From the NCBI GenBank assembly GCA_041484665.1, contig JBGPIA010000004.1:64001-128000 (forward strand): 64,000 nt of DNA, written 5' to 3'. The notes under the pieces are model-generated. The model saw nothing but the letters and a program-made list of their open reading frames with translations. It was not told the DNA's origin and ran no database searches. The translations under genes were made by a program, and so were the position numbers. Below are positions 9,303-18,212 of the stretch, one piece after another (the first letter of the stretch is position 1; every line of letters begins with the position of its first letter). Source of the DNA: Candidatus Krumholzibacteriia bacterium. GTDB lineage: Bacteria > Krumholzibacteriota > Krumholzibacteriia > JAJRXK01.

Positions 9303-10196
9303 CTACTCCCTGGCGCCGTGCTGGGTGCGTGCGTCCACGAGGATCAGTTCGACGGGAGTCCCGGGCGGGGGCATGCGGTCCTTGTACACCTCGTAGACGG
9401 TATCGTCGGCACCGTCCTCCAGCGGGTTGTCCAGGATCGAGAAGGGGTCGTGATAGGTCGTGATGATCTGGCCCTCGACCTGCGCCATGAACGATCCGTT
9501 GATCACCTGGCTGCCGGAGAAGACCCACTCCACGTGGCGCATGGGCTTGGCCTCGTGCACGTTCCACACGAGGTCCTCGGCGCGCCATTTCTGCGCGGAT
9601 TCCCCCTTGCCCCACCGCACCCAGGCCGTCACCGGATCGCCTTCGGGGCGGCGCGCCTCTCCCTGCTCCTTGAGGGCGCGGCCGTATTCCAGACCCAGCG
9701 CGAGCAGGGCCGTCTCCAGATGCAGCGGATCGACATCGATCTGCAGCGCGGACTCATGGAGCTTGCCGCGCGCGGTGCACGCGAAGACCTCGATCAGGCC
9801 CTCCTGCATGTTCACCTTTCCAGGGCAGGTGATGGAGCCCTCCTGCTTGTCGAGCACCAGGTTCCCCAGCCGGAAGCGGCCATCGGGCAGCTTCTCGAGC
9901 ACGGGGGGCGCGGAGGTCTGCGTTCGCGCCGGCGCTCCTGGAGTCAGGGGCGGGTTGGCCCGCGCCGGCGGCGCGGGGGACGGGGATGGCGCTGCCGCAG
10001 GCGGCTGGGCCGACGCGGGCCCCGTGGACAGCGCCAGCATCACCGCAAGCGCGGGCAGTACGGCACGCGCCGGCAGCGCGGCGAGCGCCAGTCGCGCGCG
10101 CAGGGCCAGCGCCCTGGTCCAGGGGACGCGGCCGGTCCGCACGGGCCGTCCCAGGGCCCAGGCGCAAAGGAGGATCGTGGCGCGGTGAGATTGCAC
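9303..10196 (-). CDS. YdjY-domain exported protein
   Basis: IEVFAC...GKLHES...PLHLETALLALGL...WVFSGS pattern recalled for YdjY-domain proteins; Pro-rich linker after signal; GGAGAG RBS. Confidence 0.7.
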   Translation of the reverse strand: MQSHRATILLCAWALGRPVRTGRVPWTRALALRARLALAALPARAVLPALAVMLALSTGPASAQPPAAAPSPSPAPPARANPPLTPGAPARTQTSAPPVLEKLPDGRFRLGNLVLDKQEGSITCPGKVNMQEGLIEVFACTARGKLHESALQIDVDPLHLETALLALGLEYGRALKEQGEARRPEGDPVTAWVRWGKGESAQKWRAEDLVWNVHEAKPMRHVEWVFSGSQVINGSFMAQVEGQIITTYHDPFSILDNPLEDGADDTVYEVYKDRMPPPGTPVELILVDARTQHGARE

Positions 10197-10401
10197 GGGG
10201 CTCTCCGTTGAAGCGGGGCAGGCTCACGTGGGCAGCGATGCGCGGAAGTCTAGGCCCACCGTGGCGCGCGGGCAAGCGGAGCGGCGCCGCCACGTGGATC
10301 GTGCTGTCGCCAACGCCGCGACATCCGGCCGCTGGTTGCGGTCGCGCGGCCTGGCGGCGCTTTGCACCGGCCGCAAGCCCGATGTAGGCTCGCGCGCGCC
10401 C

Positions 10402-11796
10402 ATGGCCCTGCCCACACCGTCGACGCTCGCCAGCCGGCTGGCGCTGGCCATCGCCGCGCTGCTCGCCGGCACCGCCATCGCGCTCGCGGCGGCGGTGAGC
10501 GCGTCCTTGCTACGCGAATACGATCGCAGCGTCGACGAGCGTCTGCTGCAGCTGGGCACGACGCTCTCGTCGAGCGGGTTGCGCCTGGACGACCGGCTGC
10601 TGGGCTGGGCCGGGCGGATGACGCGCGACGAGCTGGCCGTGGTCCAGCGCGACACGGTGCTCGCCTCGACCCTGGCGGGGCCCGCGCGCGCCGCGCTGCG
10701 AGCGACACTCGCCCGCCGCTTGGACGAGCCGGCGGGGCGCACGCCCGCGCCTTCGGCCGTCGCGCTCGCCGGGCGGGCCTATCGGGTCGCCGTGGTCCCA
10801 CTGCTGCGTACCGAGCTGCACGCCTCGACCTGGCTGGTCGCGCTGGCACCGCTGGATGCATTGGCGCGCACGCGGCGCGTGATCTGGGGCACGGCGGCGC
10901 TCGCCGCGCTGGCCACGGCAGCGCTGGCGGTGGCCGTCGCCCGGGGCATCGCCCGGTCGGTTGCGCGCCCCGTCGAGCAGCTGGTGGCAGCCACCGAGCG
11001 GCTGGCCGGCGGCGATCTCGCCGTACGCGTACCGGCGTCCGGGCCGGCGGAGGTCGCGCGCATCAGCTCGGCCTTCAACGCCATGGCGGAGGCGCTGCGC
11101 AGCTCGCGTGCCTCCCTGCTGGAAGCGGAGCGGCTGGCGGCGGTGGGCAAGATGGCGGCCAGCGTGGCCCACGAGGTGCGCAACCCGCTGTCGGGGATGC
11201 GGCTCTCGGCGCAGCTGGCCGCGGGCGCCCCGGGGCTCGACGCGCCGACCCGCGAAGCGCTGCAGGCGGTCATCGAAGAGATCGACCGGCTCGAGCTGGT
11301 GGTCGGGGGACTGCTCGACCGCGCGCGGCCGCGCCCCATCCAGCCCCGGATGGCCACCCTGTCCGAGCTGATCGATCCGATGCAGCGGCTGCTCACCCCA
11401 CGGCTCGCACACCAGGGAACGCCCCTGCGTGTGGAGGTCGACCCGCAGCTGCCGGCGCTGCCGCTGGACGTCGCTGCCCTCAAACAGGTCGTGTACAATC
11501 TCGTCCTCAATGCCGCGGAGGAGACGCGAGCGGGGGGCGAGATCGTGCTGCGCGCGGAGCGCAGCGGCGATTGGCTGCAGCTCACGGTGCTCGATCGCGG
11601 GCGCGGATTTACTGCGGAGGCCCTGCAGCGGGCCTTCGAGCCCTTCTTCACCACCAAGCCGGAGGGCTTCGGGCTGGGGCTCGCCAACGCACGATCCGTG
11701 ATCCAGGGGCACGGCGGCCGCGTCGAGATCGCCAACCGCGACGGAGGCGGCGCGCGGGTAACGACTTGGCTTCCGCTGCGGCCGCCGCCGGCGTGA
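10402..11796 (+). CDS. Sensor histidine kinase (2 TM, HAMP, HisKA, HATPase_c)
   Basis: VAHEVRNPL H-box, NLVLNA N-box, DRGRG, FEPFFTTK, GFGLGL. Confidence 0.95.
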   Translation: MALPTPSTLASRLALAIAALLAGTAIALAAAVSASLLREYDRSVDERLLQLGTTLSSSGLRLDDRLLGWAGRMTRDELAVVQRDTVLASTLAGPARAALRATLARRLDEPAGRTPAPSAVALAGRAYRVAVVPLLRTELHASTWLVALAPLDALARTRRVIWGTAALAALATAALAVAVARGIARSVARPVEQLVAATERLAGGDLAVRVPASGPAEVARISSAFNAMAEALRSSRASLLEAERLAAVGKMAASVAHEVRNPLSGMRLSAQLAAGAPGLDAPTREALQAVIEEIDRLELVVGGLLDRARPRPIQPRMATLSELIDPMQRLLTPRLAHQGTPLRVEVDPQLPALPLDVAALKQVVYNLVLNAAEETRAGGEIVLRAERSGDWLQLTVLDRGRGFTAEALQRAFEPFFTTKPEGFGLGLANARSVIQGHGGRVEIANRDGGGARVTTWLPLRPPPA

Positions 11797-11899
11797 CGGT
11801 GGTGCGCTCTCCAGAACTCGCCGCGACCCCGGCGGTCGCGCCCCGCTGGCCCGCCTGCCAAGTGCCGCGCTGGCCAAGGCAGCACACGCGGAGGAGCAC

Positions 11900-13390
11900 A
11901 TGGCCTCCATCCTGATCGTCGACGACGAGCCCAACATCTGCTCGGCGCTGCAGCGTTTCCTGGAGGGCCACGGGCACCGCTGCTCCGTGGCCGGCAACGG
12001 CGATCAGGCGCGAGCGCTGGCGCAGCGTGACCGGCCCGACGTCGTCCTGCTGGACGTGCGCCTGCCGGGCGAGTCCGGCCTGACCGTCCTGTCCGCGCTG
12101 CGCACCATCGTTCCGCAGGCGCAGGTGCTGGTGATGACCGCCTACGGGACGATGGAGACGGCCATCGCGGCGATGCGCGAGGGGGCCTTCGAGTACCTGC
12201 TCAAGCCACTGGAGCTCGAGCGCGTGGAGCAGGCGGTGCAGCACGCCCTCCAAGCGCGCGCCCCCGTGGAGCCCGCGCTGCGCGTGGCGTCCAAGCCGCC
12301 ACCGCACGGGGAGCTGGTGGGACGCAGCTCTGCCATGCAGGAGGTCTACAAGACGATCGGGGCGCTCACGCGCCACGACGTCACCGTGGTGATCACCGGT
12401 GAGAGCGGCACGGGCAAGGAGCTCGTGGCGCGGGCCATCCACGAGCACGGTGAGCGGGCCCGCGAGCCTTTCGTGGCGATCCACTGCGGCGCCATCCCGG
12501 TGACGCTGTTGGAAAGCGAGCTCTTCGGCCACGAGCGCGGCAGCTTCACCGACGCCTACGAGACGAAGATCGGCAAGTTCGAGCTGGCCGGCGCGGGGAC
12601 GATCTTCCTGGACGAGATCGCCGAGATGTCGCTGGCGCTGCAGGTGAAGATGCTGCGCGCGCTCCAGGAGCGCGAGATCGAGCGGATCGGGGGGCGCGGG
12701 CCCATCCCCATCAAGGCGCGCATCCTGACGGCGACCCACCGCGACCTCGCCACCCAGGTGGCCAGGGGGCTGTTCCGCGAGGACCTGCTCTACCGCCTGC
12801 AGGTGGCCAGCATTCACCTGCCGCCCTTGCGCGAGCGGCCCGAGGACATCGAGGAGCTGGCGGCGGTGTTCCTGGGGCGCTTCGGCGAGGAGCTCAACAA
12901 GCGCGTGATCGGCATGTCGCGTGCGGCGGTCGATCGGCTGCTGGCCTACAGCTGGCCCGGAAACGTCCGGGAGCTGGAGAACGTCCTCCAGCGAGCGGTG
13001 GTCATGTGCCGCGGGGACGTCATCGATGCGCAGGATCTCCCGCTCTTGATCGGTGCGGATGGCCCCGGGGCGCCCGATTCCGCGGCCGGCGTCGACTGGA
13101 GGCGCTCCCTGCGCCAGTACGCGCACCGGCGGCTCGACGCGCACGCGGGAGGCGAAGGGCTCTACGACGAGATGCTGCTGCGCGTGGAGCAGGTGCTGAT
13201 CGAGGCTGCGCTCGAGCGCCACCAGGGCAACCAGGTGGCAACGGCGCAGGCATTGGGAATCAGCCGTAATACCCTACGCAAGCGGCTGGTGCAGTTCGCC
13301 CTGCTTGCGCCCGAGCCGCACGCCGGCCCGGCGGTTGGAGGCGCGGCTCGCCCGGACACCGCCCGCCCAGGGCCTGGCCGGGGGCGCTGA
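11900..13390 (+). CDS. NtrC-family sigma54-dependent response regulator (REC-AAA+-Fis HTH)
   Basis: ILIVDDE, LLDVRLP, GESGTGKE, ESELFGHERGSFTDA, FLDEI, FREDLLYRL, WPGNVRELEN, GNQVATAQALGISRNTL. Confidence 0.96.
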   Translation: MASILIVDDEPNICSALQRFLEGHGHRCSVAGNGDQARALAQRDRPDVVLLDVRLPGESGLTVLSALRTIVPQAQVLVMTAYGTMETAIAAMREGAFEYLLKPLELERVEQAVQHALQARAPVEPALRVASKPPPHGELVGRSSAMQEVYKTIGALTRHDVTVVITGESGTGKELVARAIHEHGERAREPFVAIHCGAIPVTLLESELFGHERGSFTDAYETKIGKFELAGAGTIFLDEIAEMSLALQVKMLRALQEREIERIGGRGPIPIKARILTATHRDLATQVARGLFREDLLYRLQVASIHLPPLRERPEDIEELAAVFLGRFGEELNKRVIGMSRAAVDRLLAYSWPGNVRELENVLQRAVVMCRGDVIDAQDLPLLIGADGPGAPDSAAGVDWRRSLRQYAHRRLDAHAGGEGLYDEMLLRVEQVLIEAALERHQGNQVATAQALGISRNTLRKRLVQFALLAPEPHAGPAVGGAARPDTARPGPGRGR

Positions 13391-13559
13391 CGGCCCACGA
13401 TCACCTCGAGGGCGCCCCCGGCGGGGCGGGCAGTCGCTGGGACGGACCGCCAGGCGCGCCGAGAGCGGGTGGCCGCGCAGCGGCGGGAACCGTCCGGGGC
13501 CCTTGAGAACTTGGTCGAGGTAGCGGGGCCAGCTACCCTCTGGGGCAATTATTTTTGTC

Positions 13560-13589
13560 TAGCCAGCCCGGCCGGGGTTCCTCTATGCT
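13560..13589 (+). promoter_or_regulatory. Putative sigma70 promoter for the small RNA candidate
   Basis: AT-rich AATTATTTTTG tract, then TAGCCA-N18-TATGCT; predicted +1 near 13597 coincides with the first base of the stem. Confidence 0.45.
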
Positions 13590-13596
13590 CTGCGCT

Positions 13597-13673
13597 GCGG
13601 GCTGCCTCCCTTGGCCACTCGGTTCGGCTAACCACGTTCTCCAAAATCCGGGACAGCCTTCGAGGCGGCTCGC
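13597..13673 (+). ncRNA. Candidate 77-nt structured non-coding RNA (three-way junction), family not recognised
   Basis: 12-bp closing stem GCGGGCTGCCTC/GAGGCGGCTCGC with 2 G-U pairs (plus strand only); internal hairpins TTGGCC/GGCTAA and GTTCT/GGGAC; flanked by promoter and terminator in a gap between convergent genes. Confidence 0.5.
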
Positions 13674-13679
13674 AATTGT

Positions 13680-13718
13680 GGAAGGCCCAGGGCACGCCCT
13701 GGGCCTTCCGCCTTGTTG
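13680..13718 (+). terminator. Intrinsic terminator-like hairpin
   Basis: GGAAGGCCCAGGG-CACG-CCCTGGGCCTTCC perfect 13-bp stem followed by GCCTTGTT; may also serve the convergent M16 operon. Confidence 0.7.
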
Positions 13719-13831
13719 GCCTTGCCGGCCGCTGTGCCGGTCGTTCGTCAGGCCAGCCACCCCGCTGCGCCGTCGTTGCGCTTTTTCCTCACCCCGACGC
13801 CGGCGGGACGTCCTCGCGCGCGGCGAGCCTG

Positions 13832-16006
13832 CTACGACTGCGGGCGCACGAACAGGCTCGTCTCGATCTTGGGATTCACCTCGAATGATGTCACCTCACG
13901 GGACATCTGCTCCTGGCCGGCGTGCAGCGTACGGCTCTTGTGGGGCACGTTGAGCCCCCCCACGGCGCGCACGTCGGAGTAGAAGGTCTCCTCCAGCCCC
14001 GGACTGCGCGTCACCAGGTCCTTGCCCATGGTGGAGGTCTTGAGCAGGACCTTGCTCTGGGTATCGATGTACAGTTTGATCCACTTCTTGTCGCCCACGC
14101 GAGCCAGCACGACGTCGGCGGCGACATCGCCCACCTTCTCCCCTTGCAGGGCCTGGACCTGGAACTGGTCGTAGTGCCCCAGCAAGTACAGCGGATCGGT
14201 CAGGACGGCGTTGGTCAGGTCTTCGGCGTCGCCCCCCGTGACGTCCTGGATCCCCTGCGGCCCCTTGGCCCAGCCGGAGCTCCCGTTGAGCACCTGGATC
14301 ATTTCGCCGAACGGCAGCTTGATCGACGCGTGCATCTTGTCCGGGAAGATGATCGATTGGGTGGTCGAGGCCGACAGGGACATGCCCTGGATCGAGAGGC
14401 CCACCGACTCGGACACGCGCAGCGCCTTCAGGTCGCGCAGCGCCTTACCGCCCATCGCCGTCTGCGCCGACGCCAGGATCGCCCGCCCACGCTCGATGGT
14501 CTCGGTCGTCGGCGGTGGGAACTCCTCCCCCTTCGGCTCGGGGATGGTGATGTCGAGCTTCTCCACCGGCCCGAACTGGCTGAGGTCGTTGTCCCACTCG
14601 GCGGTCTTGCCCACGGCCACGATGGCGAACTCGTCGGGGTGGATGCGGCGCTTGGCCACGTCCTGCACGGCAGGGATGTCGACCTTCTTGATCCCCTCGA
14701 CGTACTTGTCGAGGAAATCGCTGGGATAGCCGTAGTACTCGTAGCTCAAGAGCCGTATCAGCACCTGCGAGCGCTGCGCGAAGTTGAAGACATGGCTGTT
14801 GAGGATGGCGTCCTTGGCGTTCTCCAGCTCCTTCTCGCTGACCGGCTGGCTGCGCATCTTCTCGATCTCGCCCAGCACCGCCTGCAGCGCGTCGTCGGTG
14901 GTGCTGCTCTTGGTGCCGCAGTAGGCCAGGAACGTCCCCTCGTGGTCCAGCGCCGTGCCGTCCGTGCTGCCCACCGCGTAGGCGTAGCCCAGTTTGCTGC
15001 GCACCTCGTTGAACAGGCGGTCCCCGAAGCCGCCGCCCAGGATGCGGTTCATGACCCTCATGGCGAAGTAGTCGGGGTCGTCTGCGCGCATTCCCACGTG
15101 GCCCGCGGCGAACCAGCTCTGCGTGACATCCTCCTTATTGGCGACCAGCACGCGGCGCGAGCCGCCCTTGGGCGCCTTGGGGAGCGGCGGCAGCGGATTG
15201 TCCGTCTTGGGCCAGTCGGCGAGTACGGCCTTGACCTGCTGCAGCATCGCCGGCGCGTCGAAGTCTCCCCATACCGCCATCATCATGCGGTTGGGGTGGT
15301 AGAAATAGTCGTAGAACGTCACCAGGTCGTTGCGCTTGACGGCGTCGATGGTGGCGTACTCGGCGTGGCGCGCGTAGGGATGGTCTGGACCCCACACCGC
15401 CTTGGACACCTCGCGCTGCAGCACGCTCTGCATCTCGTCATTGCGCCGGGCGATGGCCGCGCGCTGGGCGGTCTTGGTGACGTCGATCTTCTCCTGGTCG
15501 AAGGCCGGGTTGCGCAGCACGTCCCCCACCAGCTCCAGCCCGCGCTTGGCGTCCTTGCTCAGGAAGCTGAAGGAGACCGTCCCTTCGGTCTCGTCGATCC
15601 CGGACTCGATATAGGCGCCCATGCGCTCCAGCTGCTCGTCGAGCTCGTCGCCCGAGATGCTCTTCGTGCCGCCGCTGCGCAGCACCTCGGCTTCGATCTG
15701 TGCGAGCCCCACCTTGTCGGGCGGTTCGTAGGCCGAGCCGGTGCGGACGAGGACCTGGCCCTCCACCATGGGCCAGGTGTGGTCCGGCATGAGGTAGACG
15801 ACCAGCCCGTTCTCCAACACGTGGCGCTGGTAGTCGGGCTGATGGACCTGTCCCAGCTCCGGGAACTTGAAGCGCTCCCAGGTCTTCTTTGCGGCGAGCG
15901 CCGCGCGGGGCGCTGCGGTGGCGGAGCACCAGAGGACTGCCGCCAGCAGGACGGCCGTCCGCGCCATGGCGCGCCGGCGGGTGCGGGTGAAGCTGTCAGC
16001 TCGCAT
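13832..16006 (-). CDS. M16B peptidase, non-catalytic subunit, with extra C-terminal beta-rich (LolA-like) domain
   Basis: Signal peptide, LENGLVVYL, no HXXEH, RLFNEVRSKLGYAY (R/Y pair); about 230-aa C-terminal extension. Confidence 0.85.
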   Translation of the reverse strand: MRADSFTRTRRRAMARTAVLLAAVLWCSATAAPRAALAAKKTWERFKFPELGQVHQPDYQRHVLENGLVVYLMPDHTWPMVEGQVLVRTGSAYEPPDKVGLAQIEAEVLRSGGTKSISGDELDEQLERMGAYIESGIDETEGTVSFSFLSKDAKRGLELVGDVLRNPAFDQEKIDVTKTAQRAAIARRNDEMQSVLQREVSKAVWGPDHPYARHAEYATIDAVKRNDLVTFYDYFYHPNRMMMAVWGDFDAPAMLQQVKAVLADWPKTDNPLPPLPKAPKGGSRRVLVANKEDVTQSWFAAGHVGMRADDPDYFAMRVMNRILGGGFGDRLFNEVRSKLGYAYAVGSTDGTALDHEGTFLAYCGTKSSTTDDALQAVLGEIEKMRSQPVSEKELENAKDAILNSHVFNFAQRSQVLIRLLSYEYYGYPSDFLDKYVEGIKKVDIPAVQDVAKRRIHPDEFAIVAVGKTAEWDNDLSQFGPVEKLDITIPEPKGEEFPPPTTETIERGRAILASAQTAMGGKALRDLKALRVSESVGLSIQGMSLSASTTQSIIFPDKMHASIKLPFGEMIQVLNGSSGWAKGPQGIQDVTGGDAEDLTNAVLTDPLYLLGHYDQFQVQALQGEKVGDVAADVVLARVGDKKWIKLYIDTQSKVLLKTSTMGKDLVTRSPGLEETFYSDVRAVGGLNVPHKSRTLHAGQEQMSREVTSFEVNPKIETSLFVRPQS

Positions 16007-17507
16007 CGCGCTTGCCCTCCTCGGTGGTGATGATGAGCCCCACCGTCCGGTTGGTCTCTGTGAACATCTGCGTGGCGATCCGCTGGAGGTCCGCCGCGGT
16101 CACGGCGTCGATGCGCTTTGGATTGCGCAGGCCCTGGTGCCAATCACCCAGGATGACTTCGCTCGTGACCAACAGGCCAGCCATGCCCCCGTTGGTCTCC
16201 ACACTTCGGACCCAGTTGGCCTTCATGCGCGTCTTGAGCCCCTCGAGCTCCTCGGCGCGCACCGGTTCCTGCTGGACGCGCTGCAGTTCGTCGAGCACCT
16301 CCGCCTCGAGCTCCTTGGCGGTGACTCCCTTGGAGGGGACCACGAAGACGATGAACATCCCGGGGTAGAGCTCACCTGGGAATTCCGTGATGGCGCCCAC
16401 CGCCACCGCCTTCTTCTCCTCCTTGACCAGCCTCTGATGCAGGCGGCTGCTGCGGCCGTTGGCCAGCAGCTCGGTCAGCATGCTGTACGCGTCGTTGTCC
16501 GGGTGCCGCGCGCTGGGCTTGTGGAAGCCCATCACGAGGAAGGGCTGCCCCGGATCGCGAATCTCCACGCGGCGCTCGCCGATCTGCGGCGGCTCCTCGG
16601 TGCGCACAGGCTCGGGGACGGGCCCGGCCGCCCAGGCGCTGAAGTACTTCTCCGCGAGGACCTTGACCTGTGCTGGGTCCACGTCGCCCACCAGGCACAT
16701 CACCACGTTGCCCGGCACGTAGTGCTTCTTGAAGAACTCCAGTGCGTCCACGCGCGTGAAGGCCACGAGGTCGCTGTGGTGGCCCACGGTCGGCATCCCG
16801 TACGGGTGCGCCTTGTAGGCGATCGTGAGGAACTCCTCGATCAACCGGCCGATGGGGCTGCTCTCGGTGCGCATGCGCCGCTCCTCGAGCACCACGTCGC
16901 GCTCCTTGTAGAACTCGCGCAGCACGGGTCGCATGAAGCGGTCGCTCTCGAGGTAGGCCCACAGCTCCAGTTTGTTGCTCGGCAGATTGTAGAAGTAGGT
17001 CGTGACGTCGGGCGCGGTGCTGGCGTTGAGGCCGCTGCCGCCGGCCTGCTCGATGATCGAGCCGAACTCGTTGGTCTCCACGTACTGGCTCGCGTTCGTC
17101 TCGGCGTCCTTGAAGGCCTGCCACAGGGCGGCCACTGCGGTCTCGTCGCCGCCGCCGATCTTGGCCTTCCACCAGTCGGCGTAGCGCTGGTCCATGAGCT
17201 CCAGGGACTTCTTCTCCTTGGCGTAGTCCTTGGTGCCGATGGTCTCGGTGCCCTTGAACGCCATGTGCTCGAACATGTGTGCGAGGCCCGTGATGCCGGC
17301 CACCTCGTTCACCGATCCGACCCTGGCGATTGCGACGTAGCTGAAGATCGGGGCGTCGTGGCGCTCGGCGACGACGAACCGCAGCCCGTTGGGCAGCGTG
17401 AACATCGTGACCTGCTTCTCCAGCGCGGCGACGTCCTGGGCGGTGGCCGCGGCGGCCGCGAGCAGGGCGGCACCCAGCGCCAACCCTGCAAACGCACGTG
17501 CGCGCAT
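15996..17507 (-). CDS. M16B zinc peptidase, catalytic subunit, exported
   Basis: Signal peptide, TLPNGLRF, GLAHMFEHMAFKGT (HXXEH), NAST, ERDVVLEERR; AAGGAGG RBS. Confidence 0.93.
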   Translation of the reverse strand: MRARAFAGLALGAALLAAAAATAQDVAALEKQVTMFTLPNGLRFVVAERHDAPIFSYVAIARVGSVNEVAGITGLAHMFEHMAFKGTETIGTKDYAKEKKSLELMDQRYADWWKAKIGGGDETAVAALWQAFKDAETNASQYVETNEFGSIIEQAGGSGLNASTAPDVTTYFYNLPSNKLELWAYLESDRFMRPVLREFYKERDVVLEERRMRTESSPIGRLIEEFLTIAYKAHPYGMPTVGHHSDLVAFTRVDALEFFKKHYVPGNVVMCLVGDVDPAQVKVLAEKYFSAWAAGPVPEPVRTEEPPQIGERRVEIRDPGQPFLVMGFHKPSARHPDNDAYSMLTELLANGRSSRLHQRLVKEEKKAVAVGAITEFPGELYPGMFIVFVVPSKGVTAKELEAEVLDELQRVQQEPVRAEELEGLKTRMKANWVRSVETNGGMAGLLVTSEVILGDWHQGLRNPKRIDAVTAADLQRIATQMFTETNRTVGLIITTEEGKRDAS

Positions 17508-17572
17508 CATCCCTCCTTGGAGCTTTGCGACGTTTCGAGGTTGGGTGGGGCGTCGGCGGAAACCAATGTACA

Positions 17573-17601
17573 AACCTAATCGCCCTCCGGGCGCCGGTCA
17601 A
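17573..17601 (-). promoter_or_regulatory. Putative sigma70 promoter for the M16 pair
   Basis: TTGACC-N17-TAGGTT on the minus strand, overlapping the mpg stop codon. Confidence 0.5.
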
Positions 17602-18212
17602 AGCGTCGCTGCCCGCGGCCTGCGCGAGAGGCCCGCGCTGTCCGGGTCGAAGTACCGCCACGGACGATCGGCGGCCTGGCGGATGCCGATCCGCGGTGAG
17701 CGCGAAAGCGCCCGCGGCCCAGGCCCCGGCCACAGGCCGATCGGTCCCCGCGTCAGGTCCGCCCCGTTGCACGCGCCGTCGATCCCCAGCGCCTGGCAGA
17801 GCTTCCCTGGGCCGTTGGCGATGGCGCGCCCGTGGCTCGCGCGCCGGCGCTCCATGAGACGCAGCCCTGCGACCGGCTCTGCGGCCCGCAGCAGGACGGC
17901 GCCGGCAACCCCCTTGCGCTCGCAGACGACGTTCATACACCAGTGCATGCCGTAGATGAAATACACGTAGAGCCGCCCCGGGGTTGCGTACATCACAGAA
18001 TTGCGTGGGGTGGGTCCGCGGTGGGCGTGGCTGGCGGGGTCCTCCCCCGTCCCCAGGTAGGCCTCCACCTCCACGAGCCGAACTGCGCAGGGACCGCCGA
18101 GCCCGCGCACCACCAACAGGCAGCCCACCAGGTCGCGGGCGACCTCGTGGGTGGGGCGGGCGAAGAACGGCCGACGCAGGCGGCTGCGTTGCGGGAAGGG
18201 GCGGGGCGCCAT
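17598..18212 (-). CDS. mpg: DNA-3-methyladenine glycosylase (AAG/MPG family)
   Basis: VARDLVG, VEVEAYLG, YVYFIYGMHWCMNVV, AVLLRA, NGPGKLCQALGI, PRIGI; TGATG overlap with upstream permease. Confidence 0.93.
   Translation of the reverse strand: MAPRPFPQRSRLRRPFFARPTHEVARDLVGCLLVVRGLGGPCAVRLVEVEAYLGTGEDPASHAHRGPTPRNSVMYATPGRLYVYFIYGMHWCMNVVCERKGVAGAVLLRAAEPVAGLRLMERRRASHGRAIANGPGKLCQALGIDGACNGADLTRGPIGLWPGPGPRALSRSPRIGIRQAADRPWRYFDPDSAGLSRRPRAATL

Noticed and set aside
10351..10366. sigma54 site CTGGCGGCGCTTTGCA upstream of the kinase
   Set aside because: GG to GC spacing is 9 nt rather than the required 10
13597..13674. tRNA gene (77 nt, acceptor-like stem, TTCGA)
   Set aside because: No D-arm or anticodon stem can be formed and the T-arm is non-canonical; kept only as an unknown ncRNA candidate
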